Position numbers and translations under genes: made by a program. A stretch of 64,000 nt of DNA from Entomortierella parvispora E1425. Its lineage: Eukaryota; Fungi; Mortierellomycota. Below the pieces are notes generated by a model. It did not search any database and was not told where the DNA came from. It was given only the letters and a program-made list of their open reading frames with translations. Position 1 is the first letter of the stretch; each line of letters starts with the position of its first letter. Shown here piece by piece: positions 51,527 to 62,721 of this stretch. The stretch lies in NCBI GenBank assembly GCA_020891255.1, contig BQFW01000002.1, positions 372,001-436,000 on the forward strand, in the 5' to 3' direction.

Positions 51527-53575
51527 CTAAACAGACACCACAGGTGTCGCAATGGCAGATGATACGCTCTCCGTCATGATCTGGTTCTTCAAAACCTCCT
51601 CTTCCCGTTTCTTCTTTTGCTCTCTCTCGTATCGCCTAGATGGTTTTTGAGGGAGAAGATCAATTGTGCCTCTTTTGGGGATGGGGGGCAAAAATGCGAC
51701 CATCGGTCGGTAAGCAGCACCCTTGCGGATCTCCTTGAGCTTAAAAGACTCGGGAACCCAGTTCAGGATCACATGTCGAACGACACGCTCCGTCAATGTC
51801 TAATCAATAGGTACAAAAGGACAATGTGTCTAGTCAGTTCACCAGAAGGACGCCTTACGAATCTAAAACTACAAACTCCATCCAGACACTCCTCTAAGCC
51901 GCCATACCTGACCGTGGAGAATGGTCGCAAGAAGGTTGCTCTTCTCGTACATTACAGCGAGATGAGGGTAACGTTGCTCCTTATAATCTAGGCACGCTGC
52001 GTGGATCGCGTCCCTGTCAAGAGATTCCAAATCGTACAGGCAGTTTGCCAAGATAACGGCATCTAATAAGGCAACCTGTGTGAATAAACATGGAACATTT
52101 GACATTGTGAATTGGAGGTTGAAGGTGGCCCATGTGTCTTTACCTTGTAGAGCGCACACAGCACCCTGTCCAGCACTCGGGAGTAGCTTGTGGGCAGCTA
52201 TTGACAGTCAATGAAAATGGAGCGTTAGCTTGCTTGAAGATGGCGGGCATCAGTCTCAAAAAAAGGCACTATACCGTCTCCAATGAGGACTGTCCTTCCA
52301 TGCGACCAAGTCTCGAAGAGCTTCTCTTCCAAAAAGACCCTGGAGATGTTGGCTTCAGGGGTGGCATTGATCAGGTTACCCAGAGTACCGCCTCCTGGGA
52401 CCTTGAAATCCTTGACCTGGTCAATGAACTCGGAATTGGATTCTGGTCCCCATTCCGAGTTGCGGAACTTTATCTTTTCAAACTCTTCAGCAGACCCAAT
52501 TTGAGAGATGATGACCCAACAGATCCGGTTCTCTGGCATGTTGAACTCTGACCACTGATTTGGATCCAAAGTTACAAATGGAGAGAATCGTAAGTTCTTT
52601 ACATTCGTTGAAGGTATAAAAAATGGAGGCTTTAGATACACCTACACTGAAGCTTGTGCCGCGTCCAATGACCTGGCTGAAGTTTGAGGTTTTGTTCTTC
52701 AAGAATGGATATTGTTCGGGGTCCAAAGGGTCCGTGGTACCGACCAGCGCCAAAAAACCTTTGCTCAGTTCAGTTGCATCTGATGCTGGCAGCAAGCTCT
52801 GTTCCTGCAGGGCCTTATATAACCCCTGCCTCACTGCACTGTGTGCGCCATCGGCCCCCACCAGGATGTCGCCATGATAGGTGGTGCCGTCAGCACAACG
52901 GATCATTACTCCTTCCTTATTTTGCATCATGGACATCACCTTCTTGTTGTAATGGATCTTTTCCACCGGGACCTTGGATAGAAGCAATTGGTGGAACTCT
53001 GGACGCGGAAAATTAAGATAATCATATCCAACTCTGCAATGCACATGTTCCGCAATGGGCAATTAGTTGTTGAGAAAGTTAAGCACCCTGCACGTAACGT
53101 TGGCTTCAAAGATCTTACTCGCTGTTTGTGCTATTGTTGTTGAATGTGGCAATAACTTTCATGTTTTCATACATGATGTTAGAGTCCCCGGCTGGCAGTG
53201 AAATAGCCTTGAGCTCATCCAAGAGACCAATCTGCTCAATAGCCCCAAGGATTTTGGCATTCAACGATAAAATGGACCCTAACATCAACCCAAAGGAAAG
53301 GAGTTAAGAACAGCGTTTGTAAATAGTCCATAGACTCAGAAGGCAACACTTTTTCTCATGATACCAAGTGGTCTGACAGTCGAGGATCTTTCATAGATCT
53401 CGTATGGGATCCCGGCCTTGTCGAGAAGGATGGCAAGCAGTAGGCCAGCCAGACCGGCACCAACAATCATCACATTTGGATTCTTTCCATCACTCCTAGG
53501 GGGAAGCTGAGATGGGTACTTTGTAGGAGTGTCGTCAAACTCGTTGGCAGGTTCGTGGGAATGATGGGGATTCAT
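51527..53575 (-). CDS. Group A FAD-dependent monooxygenase, copy E (7 exons)
   Basis: ATG 53575 MNPHHSHEPANEF; all motifs present; canonical splice sites; reading frame intact. Confidence 0.9.
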
Positions 53576-54624
53576 TTTGAATGGAGCGGAATGAGCGAAA
53601 TGGGAGAATAAGGAATGAAAGGCCGGCCTGCATTTTTTTTTTCTTTTTCTCAATGCCTTTGGGTGAACACAAAGAGAGCAAAAAAGTAAAATAACTGTTG
53701 GTCGCACGGCACAGCAGCAAAGCATCATTTGCAGGAAACCTATTGATGCCTGCAGCACTGGAAACCCCATATTCAATGTTCACTGATACTTGGGAAAGGT
53801 AGTCAACCAAGACGTCAAGTACCTCGCATTCAGAAGAGTAGAGGATTGAGTTATGATAGGAGAAAGACGCGACAGAAACGCGCTGACCTTGATAGACAAG
53901 AAGGCGAGGTTTGTGATGGTCGAAGGCGCTCTCATTGCTCCGCAGAGCACAAAGCTCAATTGCTGGTCACCAATAAAATTGGCCCTCAGCTACACCTGTC
54001 CCGTTCAATCATTTCACCCATGTCTCTACTGCATCCTCTTCATGAGTTGACATATTTAACGCCAATTCCTCCCGATAGACAGAGCCATCTCATGAGAGCT
54101 TCAGATCGAGTTGCCTTACGACCATAAGATCGTGTGGAATCCAATATTCTTCTCGCCTTTTGGTAGTCGCAAGACTGCGGTATCTTGACAGATCATGGTT
54201 GCTCGTTGTGGACGAAAGATTGTGCAAAACAGAGCAAGTCGGGGAACATCTTGTTATACCGACAGCACGTAGAAAAGGCCCTCCGACAGATGTTCATCGG
54301 ATGGACGGCAGCGTAGTGGACTAACTCAATCACGTCGTTGCATTTGTGGCCCCTGATGCTATTCTTGCTGGTGCTCCATTTAACCCGAAGGATTGAGCTA
54401 ATGGCATTTTTTTTCCATCTCCCAGTTCTCAAAAGATATGAGGTGTGCCGCTGAGCGCTCCATGGTCTGGTTCTAGAGACCTCAAAGATGGTGGTTATCT
54501 ACAAGCTATCGCCCTTCCCATGTCAGCTGAAGTCAAAAGACAGCAATTGAAATTTAGTATTACCATCCATTTATTTATTTTTCTTCCAGCAGCCAGAGGG
54601 AAGAGAGGACCCACAGCCGATCAT

Positions 54625-56665
54625 CTAGACAGTCACCACTGGCGGTTCAATGAGGGAGGATACGTCCTCCGCCGTCGCCTGACTCTTGAGTGCCTCCTCT
54701 TCCTTTTTCTTCAGTTGCTCTCTCTCGTACCGCACTGAGGGCTTTTGAGGGAGAAGATCTATTGTGCCTCTTTTGGGGATGGGGGGCAAAAAGGTGACCA
54801 TAGGCCGGTAGGCAAACCCTCTGTGAAGTTCCTTGAGTTTGATAGACTCGGGGATCCAGTTCAGAACTACATGTCGAATGATCCTCTCCTTCAGGGTCTA
54901 GACAGAGAGAAATTGTAGATATTTTTTTCCAGTGAGTATGAGTCCAGAATCCACGTTCCATAAAAAATCCCGCCAAATTCACGCAGGTCTTTTCATACCT
55001 GACCGTAGAGGATAATTGCATTCATCCTGCTCTTCCCATACATCTCCGCAACGTGATGGTATCGTTGCTCCTTAAAGTCTAGACACGCTGCGTGGATCGC
55101 ATCTCTATCGAGAGATTCTAGGTCATACAAGCAGTTCGCCAAGATAACAGCATCTAATAAGGCAACCAGTGTGAATAAACATGGGACGTTTGACATTGAG
55201 AACTGGAAATTAGATTTCTGTGTATTTTTACCTTGCAGTGCGCAGACAGCACCCTGTCCAGCACTCGGGAGTAGCTTGTGGGCAGCTATTGACAGTCAGT
55301 GAAAATGGAGCGTTAGCTTGCTTGAAGATGGTGGGCATTAGTCTCAAAAAAAGGCACTATACCGTCTCCAATGAGGACTGTCCTTCCATGCGACCAAGTC
55401 TCGAAGAGCTTTTCTTCCAAAAAGACCCTGGAGATGTTGGTCGCTGGGGTGGCATTGATCAAGTTGCCAAGAGTACCGCCTCCTGGCACTTTGAAATCCT
55501 TGACCTGGTCAATGAACTCGGAATTGGATTCAGGGCCCCATTCAGAGTTACGGAACTTGATCTTTTCAAATTCTGCAATCGACGCAATCTGAGAGACTAC
55601 CACCCAGCACACGCGATTCTCGGGCATGTTGAACTCGGCCCACTGAGTTAACCCGTAATAGAAGAGGGATCGGAATTGGTGAGAATTGCATGTCCTTCAA
55701 TGGCGCAGAATAAAGCCATGAAACAGGCGAGGCAAAACTCACATTAAAGCTTGTGCCGCGTCCAATAACCTGACTAAAGTTTGAAGCTTGACTTTTCAGA
55801 AATGGGTATTGTTCGGGGTCCATTGGGTCAGTAGTTCCGACCATCGCTAGAAAACCTTTGCTCAACTCTGTGGCATCTGATGCTGGGAGTAAGTTTTGTT
55901 GTTCCAAGGTCTGGTATAGACCCTTTCTCACTCCACTGTGCGCGCCATCGGCGCCTACCAAAATATCACCGTGGTAGGTGGTACCGTCGGCACAACGAAT
56001 CATGACCCCTTCCTTGTTCTGGATCATGGACATCACCTTCTTGTTGTAGTGAATCTTTTCCGCTGGGATCTTGGACAAGAGCAGTTGGTGGAACTTTGGA
56101 CGAGAGAAATTAAAAAAATCGTACCCCTGTCTATGTGCAACAGGCGATTAGTTTAAGGCCATCTATCAAACATCAAAAAACATGCAGTTCACCCAAATAT
56201 TACTTACTCTCCGTTCTTGTTTGGGTTCTCAAAAGTGGCAATGATCTCCAGGTTTTCATACATGATGCTTGATTTGTCTCCAGGAAACGAGATGGCCTTG
56301 AGCTCGTCCAGGAGGCCAATTTGCTCGATGGCCCCAAGGATGTTGGCGTTTAAGGACATGATTGACCCTAAATGTCGAACCAAAAGGTGAGCGTTGAGGA
56401 CCATGTTGAAATGTACTGTTCAGTAAAAAAAGTTGACCTCCACTCTTATCATACCAAGAGGCTTCACGCTTGAGGCTCGCTCGTAGATGTCATACTGGAT
56501 TCCGGCCTTGTCAAGAAGGATGGCAAGCAGAAAACCGGCAAGTCCTGCTCCAACGATCATCACCTGTGGGGTCTTGCCATCGCTGTTCCTAGGAAGCTGG
56601 GAAGGGTACTTGATAGGTGTGTCGTCAAACTCGTCGACTGGCTTTCGCACACGATGAGGGTTCAT
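54625..56665 (-). CDS. Group A FAD-dependent monooxygenase, copy F (7 exons)
   Basis: ATG 56665 MNPHRVRKPVDEF; last exon TLKERIIRHVVLNWIPES..PPVVTV* ends at TAG 54627-54625 and is not shown as an ORF in the track. Confidence 0.9.
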
Positions 56666-57572
56666 GATGAATGGGTAATGAGAATGTTGGGGATGAGGAG
56701 AAAAAGAGATGATGGACCGATGAGATGGTCCATTCAGATATCTGGTCACAACACAGAGAATCAACAAAAATGAATGGTCTGATGGTCGCACAGCAGCAAA
56801 CGATCACTCTGGGTCTGATCCTTCTCAGCGGCACCCGTGCTGCGCTCCAGACAAGCAATGGCCCCAGCAAGCAAGTGCGTCGCATCAAGGTGATGTTGAA
56901 GGGCTGACGATTGAGATTATCAATGAGTACATAGGACGCAATTCGAACGAGCTGACGGATAGACTTAATCCTCTTTGTTAGTCTATAGTTCATGGACACG
57001 AACAGCATCCAGATGAACATTCTTCTTCGTGCAATTGGGTGCATCTCCTGCTCCACTCCTTTGTTTGGACCATCCTTCATTCACAAGGTGGCCTCTCGCT
57101 TGGTTTCAACCTGCCTCGCGATGTGTAGCTGGCCGATGGAAATATGAACCTTGGGAATCTTCAATCCCTACCAGTTTGCCACGGCTCTTGCCGTCGTTGA
57201 TGTTGTTCTTGTTGTCGCTCCTGCCACTACTCCCAGAGGACGGGGAAGGGATCTTTAACCTTTGCGGCATCCATAACTCCCAGACATCAACAATCCACTG
57301 CTGTTTTAGCATGAAGAATCATTGCCGATGGATAATAGCTCTTCCGTTTCTTTGAATTTGGTAGAGCACTTGTTCATCAGAGCAGCACTCGTGCATGCAG
57401 CCGTGCACGCAACCTGCTTGATCAAACGCTTCCAAGCTGTGTTGTGCGACCATCCATTTTTCTTTCTTTTTTTTCGCTCTTTGTGTTCAGCAGACGTGGA
57501 AAGGCGTCTGTTTGCCTCTTGGTTCCTCATCTTTTTTCTCCTCATCTCCAGCATTCTCATTGCCCATTCGCC

Positions 57573-59596
57573 ATGAACCCTCATCGTGTTCGGAAACCCG
57601 TCGACGAGTTTGACGACGCTTCTCTCAAGTACCCTTCCCAGCTTCCACCCAAAAGCGATGGCAGGACCCCACATGTAATGATCGTTGGAGCCGGTCTGGC
57701 TGGTCTCTTTCTTGCCATCCTTCTTGACAAGGCCGGGATCCCGTACGAGATCTATGAGCGAGCCCCGGCAGTCCGACCGCTAGGTATGATAAGAGAAAAT
57801 AATGGTTTTCTTTGAGCCTACAATCTTTTGCACGCCATGACCTTTTTTAACTGCGATGTTAGGATCAATCATGTCCCTCAATGCCAACATCCTGGCGTGC
57901 ATAGAACAAATCGGTCTCCTGGATGAGCTCAAGGACATCTCGTTCAGAGATAGCCAGGCAAACATCATGTACGACGACATGAAAGTAGTTGCTTCATTCC
58001 CAAGTCTGAACCTGAACAACGAGTAAGTTTATTCGCTGTCTGTGCAACTAAGTCTCCAAGCAATTAGGCTTCAGAAACTGAGTCCCATTTGTTCTTTAGC
58101 ATTGGGTATAACTTCCAATTGTTTTCACGTCCCAAACTCCATAACTTGCTCTTGTCAAAGGTCCCCGCCGAAAAGATCCACTACAACAAAAAGGTCTTGT
58201 CGACAATCCAGAACAAGGAAGGCGTCATGATTCGCTGTGCGGATGGCACCACCTATCATGGCGACATTCTGGTCGGGGCCGACGGCGCGTACAGCGGTGT
58301 TCGTCAAGGTTTATATAAGAACCTCCAGGATGAGAACAAGCTCCCTCCTATCGACGCAAAGGACCTTTCCAAGGGGTTTATTTGCATGGTGGGCACGACT
58401 TCTCCTTTGGACCCTGAGAAGTTTCCGATCGTCCAGAAAGATGATTGCGTTTTTACTCAGGTCATTGGCAAAGGCACCCGATACACGGTGAGCATTTTCA
58501 AATCACAAGCGGCTGCTCTACACAAGATCAACTAGAGAGTGCTTAACCTTACCTTATCTCATCTCATGTGCCAGTGGTCTGAATTCAACATCCCGGAGAA
58601 GCGAATCTGCTGGGTCGTTGTTTACCAGCTTGAGTCGCTCGAGGAATCAGAAACCTTGAGGTTCCGTAACTCGGAATGGGGACCGGAATCCAATCGCGAG
58701 CTGGTAGCCCAGGTTAAAGGGTTCAAGGTACCAGGAGGCGGAACACTAGGAAATTTGATAGACGCAACTCCAGCAGAGAACATCTCACGGGTCTTTTTGG
58801 AGGACAAGCTCTTTGAAACTTGGCACCATGGAAGGACAGTCCTTATTGGCGATGGTAATTCCCCGAGAAGTTATCGTATTCGACTTTCGGCTCTACATGT
58901 CAATATATGATGTTTAATCCTCCTGCTTGTGTTTGTCAAATAGCCTGTCACAAGCTACTCCCAAGTGCTGGACAAGGTGCGGTGTGCGCACTGCAAGGTA
59001 AATACATGGACCATCTCCAATCTCCAATTCTCAATGTCAAATGGCTCATGTTTATTCACACTGGTTGCCTTATTAGATGCTGTTATCTTGGCCAACTGCC
59101 TCTATGATCTGGAATCTCTCTCCCCACAGCACATCCATGAGGCGCTCCAGGATTACAAAGATCAGCGCTACAGTGCTGTCAAGGAGGTTTTCGAGCGGAG
59201 CAAGTTCAACGCCATTTTCCTCCATGGTCAGGTACGAGCAATTGATCCAAGAGAAGAAATATAAGCATGATAGCCAACATGGCATCGCTGTTGTCCTGAA
59301 ATTAACGAGCGATCACTTTGTACCCATAGACTTTGTCGGAGCGCTTCATCCGATATGTAGCCATGAACTTGGTCCCGCAGTCAGTCAAAATGAAGAACCT
59401 TCGCAAGGGTTCTGCTTACCGACCACAGGCCAATTTTTTGCCATTGGCTCCGAAGCGAGGAACATGTGAGGTGCTGCCTCAAAAACCATCAAAGAGATAC
59501 GAGAGAGAACAAAAACAAAAACAAGAGGAGGCGCTCAAGGGACAGGCTTCTGAAGGGACCTCAATTGCGGGAGTATTGGCTGCTTCTGCTGTTTAG
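57573..59596 (+). CDS. Group A FAD-dependent monooxygenase, copy G (7 exons; most divergent copy)
   Basis: ATG 57573; motifs GAGLAG, DGAYSGVRQ and IGDACHKLLPSAGQG; differs from A-F in helices such as LESLSPQHIHEALQ and RPQANFLPLAPKRG. Confidence 0.9.
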
Positions 59597-60719
59597 GTTA
59601 CCGCTCTCTCAAAAGTTTTCTTTCGAATGAAGTTGTGTTTTTGAAATCGCGCTGGATCGAGCATCCTTCCGTGATCACACTCTACAATGCACTGTTCGTT
59701 TTCAAGACAATGATCGGGACTAAAAGGATGATGTTTTGTTTGTTGGATGTTCATGAAGGCATGCAGTATGATATTTTTTTTCGTTTCGTTTATTTCTTCC
59801 TGGAAGTCCTTTTTCAGGAGAGCTTGATGGGCGCCGTCAGCCATGTATTCATACTATTGTACCTATCGTTTGCGGTCTTGATGGCGACGATATTGCCGTT
59901 GGCGAGAACAAATAGACCGTCCGTTGCCGGGTCTAGTCTCAAGTGGCCGGTGGCGCGCTGACTGGACAAGCTCTCCTATATGGTCGATTGGGACTTTTTG
60001 AACAAATCTGCGCCCTCATGGTTTCGTCCAACTTTTCGTTATCGTGCTTGTTCGAAAAGTGCGCTACCGTGGCGTGGTCATGTACTAAGCCCATGCTGCC
60101 GATGCAATTGGTCCAATGTGTGGCTGAAATGCCGATGGCATCTGCCGAGAAGTGCCATCGTTTGATAATGGACCTGTTGAGCCAACGTAAAGGCGAATTC
60201 TCCCTGGTCCTTTAGTAGATCCTCTGTCGGACGTATAACGCAGGTTTTTTTATCATCTGTGGCATTGATGAAATCAATGCAGTAGCCGTTTTGGATGGGA
60301 AGAGCTGGTTTCCTCGCGATGTGTAGGGGAAGGAACTGACAGATGTCGTGGTCTGTGAGAGTGCCAAGTGCAAGAGAGTGAGAAGAAAGTGCAGGATTGA
60401 GAGCGAGAGAGCCGGAGGACGGCAAGATATGATGGTAGATGTGGTATTTGTTTCGCGTCGAAACAAATGCGAAATGGCATGGACTGCTTTCACCACGTGA
60501 TAAATGTGCACCAATGTTCATGTACATGTACTCCTTGACCATCCCCCCACCATTCTACCACCAACACTTGAATGCCAATCCTCCAATCCCCTCTGTCGAA
60601 TCATCCCATGCCATGTTGCCTTCACCCCTTTTTGCAAGGCATTCATAACCCTGTCAATGTGCTGCGTGTGTGAGCAACACGAGGTGAAGACAAAACAAAG
60701 CAATGATGAAAATAGAGCG

Positions 60720-62007
60720 TTTTTGAAAGAGGAACTCATATTGCGGCCTCCATTATAGCTCATACTGACACGCCCACATTGCCTTTGTCCTATCAACAAA
60801 ATAGCAGGCGACGGATTCATTGAAGAGGCATTCTCCGGCGACTAAAGTGTAGAAAGGACTCAGAAGCTCGCCACTGATTATGATGTCACCAACAAAAGCA
60901 ATCAGCGATTATCAGCTGCTCAACCTGTGAACGAAGGACTCATGGATATTGGCACAAGCGAGTGGGGACGATGACTTCACATTGTGGACTATTTTGGCGT
61001 CAAAGTGTTATGGTGCTGTAGGACGAGACATTGGACGAGACAATGGCACCGGCAGATATCGAGTCTGGGAAGGGAGGAACAAGACGTCGGGAATCCGTTC
61101 AGGAGACTGATCCTGCATCTCGGAATGAGGAATCCAGGATCCAAAATGCTCCCCGCCCTCTTTGCCCTCGAGGAGCATTCGGTGCAGGAGCATCTTCTAG
61201 GTGGCTTGAACGAATCTGATGGATCTGTCGCGCCCACATCGACAAATTCAGCAGGAGACGAAGGGGCCTTCATCGCGCGAAGCAGGTATCGGTATCCAGT
61301 AGTTCGCCAATACGAACAAGAGCCTGACGGAAGGAGCTGTAGCGATCGCCAAAATTCTTGGAATTAATGTTTCCGTGGCCTACCGTGAGGCCGCAATGTA
61401 CCGTGAAAGGAACCAACAGACATCTTACCTAGTGATCTCAGCGTCATCCCACAGCGAGGTCTTGAGTATCTTCTCGATCGCGTCAAAGCCTCCACCAGTC
61501 TCAGTCTACTACCCTGTCGAGTTTTCCTTCACGATTTCCGACGCGACAATTCCTTCTGTACGGAAGAACTTGCGGTGTACTATAGTCACGAGCGCCCAGA
61601 GCAGCCGACGAACAATGCCTGGGCTTGTGTGGGGGAGCAACCCAGATCGGCGGCTGCATCGATCGTATGCATCTACAAGTGCTCACATTGGAATAAGCCA
61701 CGGTACTGTATCGAAGGTTGTTCTTGGCCGGAGCAATAACGGGATGCTCGGTCAGTACTTCAGAGATCTTATTCTGGATTACTTGCCAGAAGACACGCCT
61801 CTGCAAATCCGCGACGCTGCCGGGCTCGATAACAGAGGCGCTGTGACATGTTTGAGAGTCCAAAGATCCGGATTGTTTTTGTTGAACAACATTGACGCTG
61901 CCGGGCTCGATAACAGAGGCGCTGTGACATGTTTGAGAGTCCAAAGATCCGGATTGTTTTTGTTGAACAACATTATAGTTAGCTGCGATGCTATGGATCA
62001 TCTATAG
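60720..62007 (+). pseudogene. Degenerate coding-like remnant, possibly an F-box/LRR-type gene
   Basis: Frame-broken peptides EELIL / ASIIAHTDTPTL / CLCPINK (F-box-like) and HLQVLTLE, FRDLILDYLP (LRR-like), interrupted by stops. Pattern recognition only. Confidence 0.3.
61813..61974 (+). repeat. Perfect tandem direct duplication, 2 x 81 bp
   Basis: gacgctgccgggctcg...gttgaacaacatt occurs at 61813-61893 and again at 61894-61974 with no mismatch seen. Confidence 0.95.
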
Positions 62008-62068
62008 CCAATATCGCTGTATTCTCCTTGCTTCGCTCTATGCAATAAATGCTTGGTAATCGCTTGGA

Positions 62069-62599
62069 GATGCGGTCATCTTGGCCAATTGCCTCAAAGA
62101 TCTAGAGTCCCTCTCGTAACATCATTTCGAAGCTGCTCTGAACGACTACAAGAACAGCGCTATGAGGTCGTCAAGCAGAGTTATAAAAAGAGCCATCGAT
62201 CTCTATGGCCAGGTAATCAGGGACATCAGACTCTCTTGTTGCTGTCACTGGCCACATTTTTTTTTTTCACCCACGCACTCTCTCTTCACATGTGTCTCTC
62301 TATCTCTCTCCTTTCTTGCTTGATCCCGGCCTCTTGTCGAGTGTTGTATTCGCCACATGGTCTTCAATTGGGTACCTCATTCTGTTCAGACAAAGTCGTT
62401 TTTGAAAAAACTCGGCATACCGGCCTCAGATCAACTCTTTGCCGCTGGCCCCCAAACGAGGCAATTTGGATGTGCTCCCTCAAAGGCCCTACGAAACGCT
62501 ACGAGTGAGAACTGCAGAAGAAGCGGAAACGCGATGAACAGAACTCTTGCCCAGGAAGCGACGTCAACGCGAACAACCCCTGCGGCGACCGTCGTCTAG
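62069..62599 (+). pseudogene. Decayed 3' remnant (exons 6-7) of an eighth FAD monooxygenase paralog
   Basis: DAVILANCLKDLESLS is followed by an in-frame TAA at 62117-62119. A frameshift follows (EQRYEVVKQSYKKS lies in another frame), then LYGQ|gtaatc, then HMVFNWVP and, frameshifted, AYRPQIN.LPLAPKRG.LDVLPQ. No Rossmann-encoding 5' exons were found upstream. Confidence 0.85.
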
Positions 62600-62721
62600 A
62601 CTATGGCTCAGAAAGCAAAGGTCACAACAAAGGAAGAGGGAAAAAAAAAAGATTCATGGTCAAAGAGTAAAATTATTATTTTGTTTTGAATGGGTTTGGA
62701 ACAGAGTTATCGTCTTATTTT

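Noticed and set aside
40613-59596. Regularly spaced repeats suggesting CRISPR arrays or transposon copies
   Set aside because: The repeats are intron-containing enzyme paralogs; there are no spacer-repeat units, terminal inverted repeats, LTRs, transposase or RT motifs.
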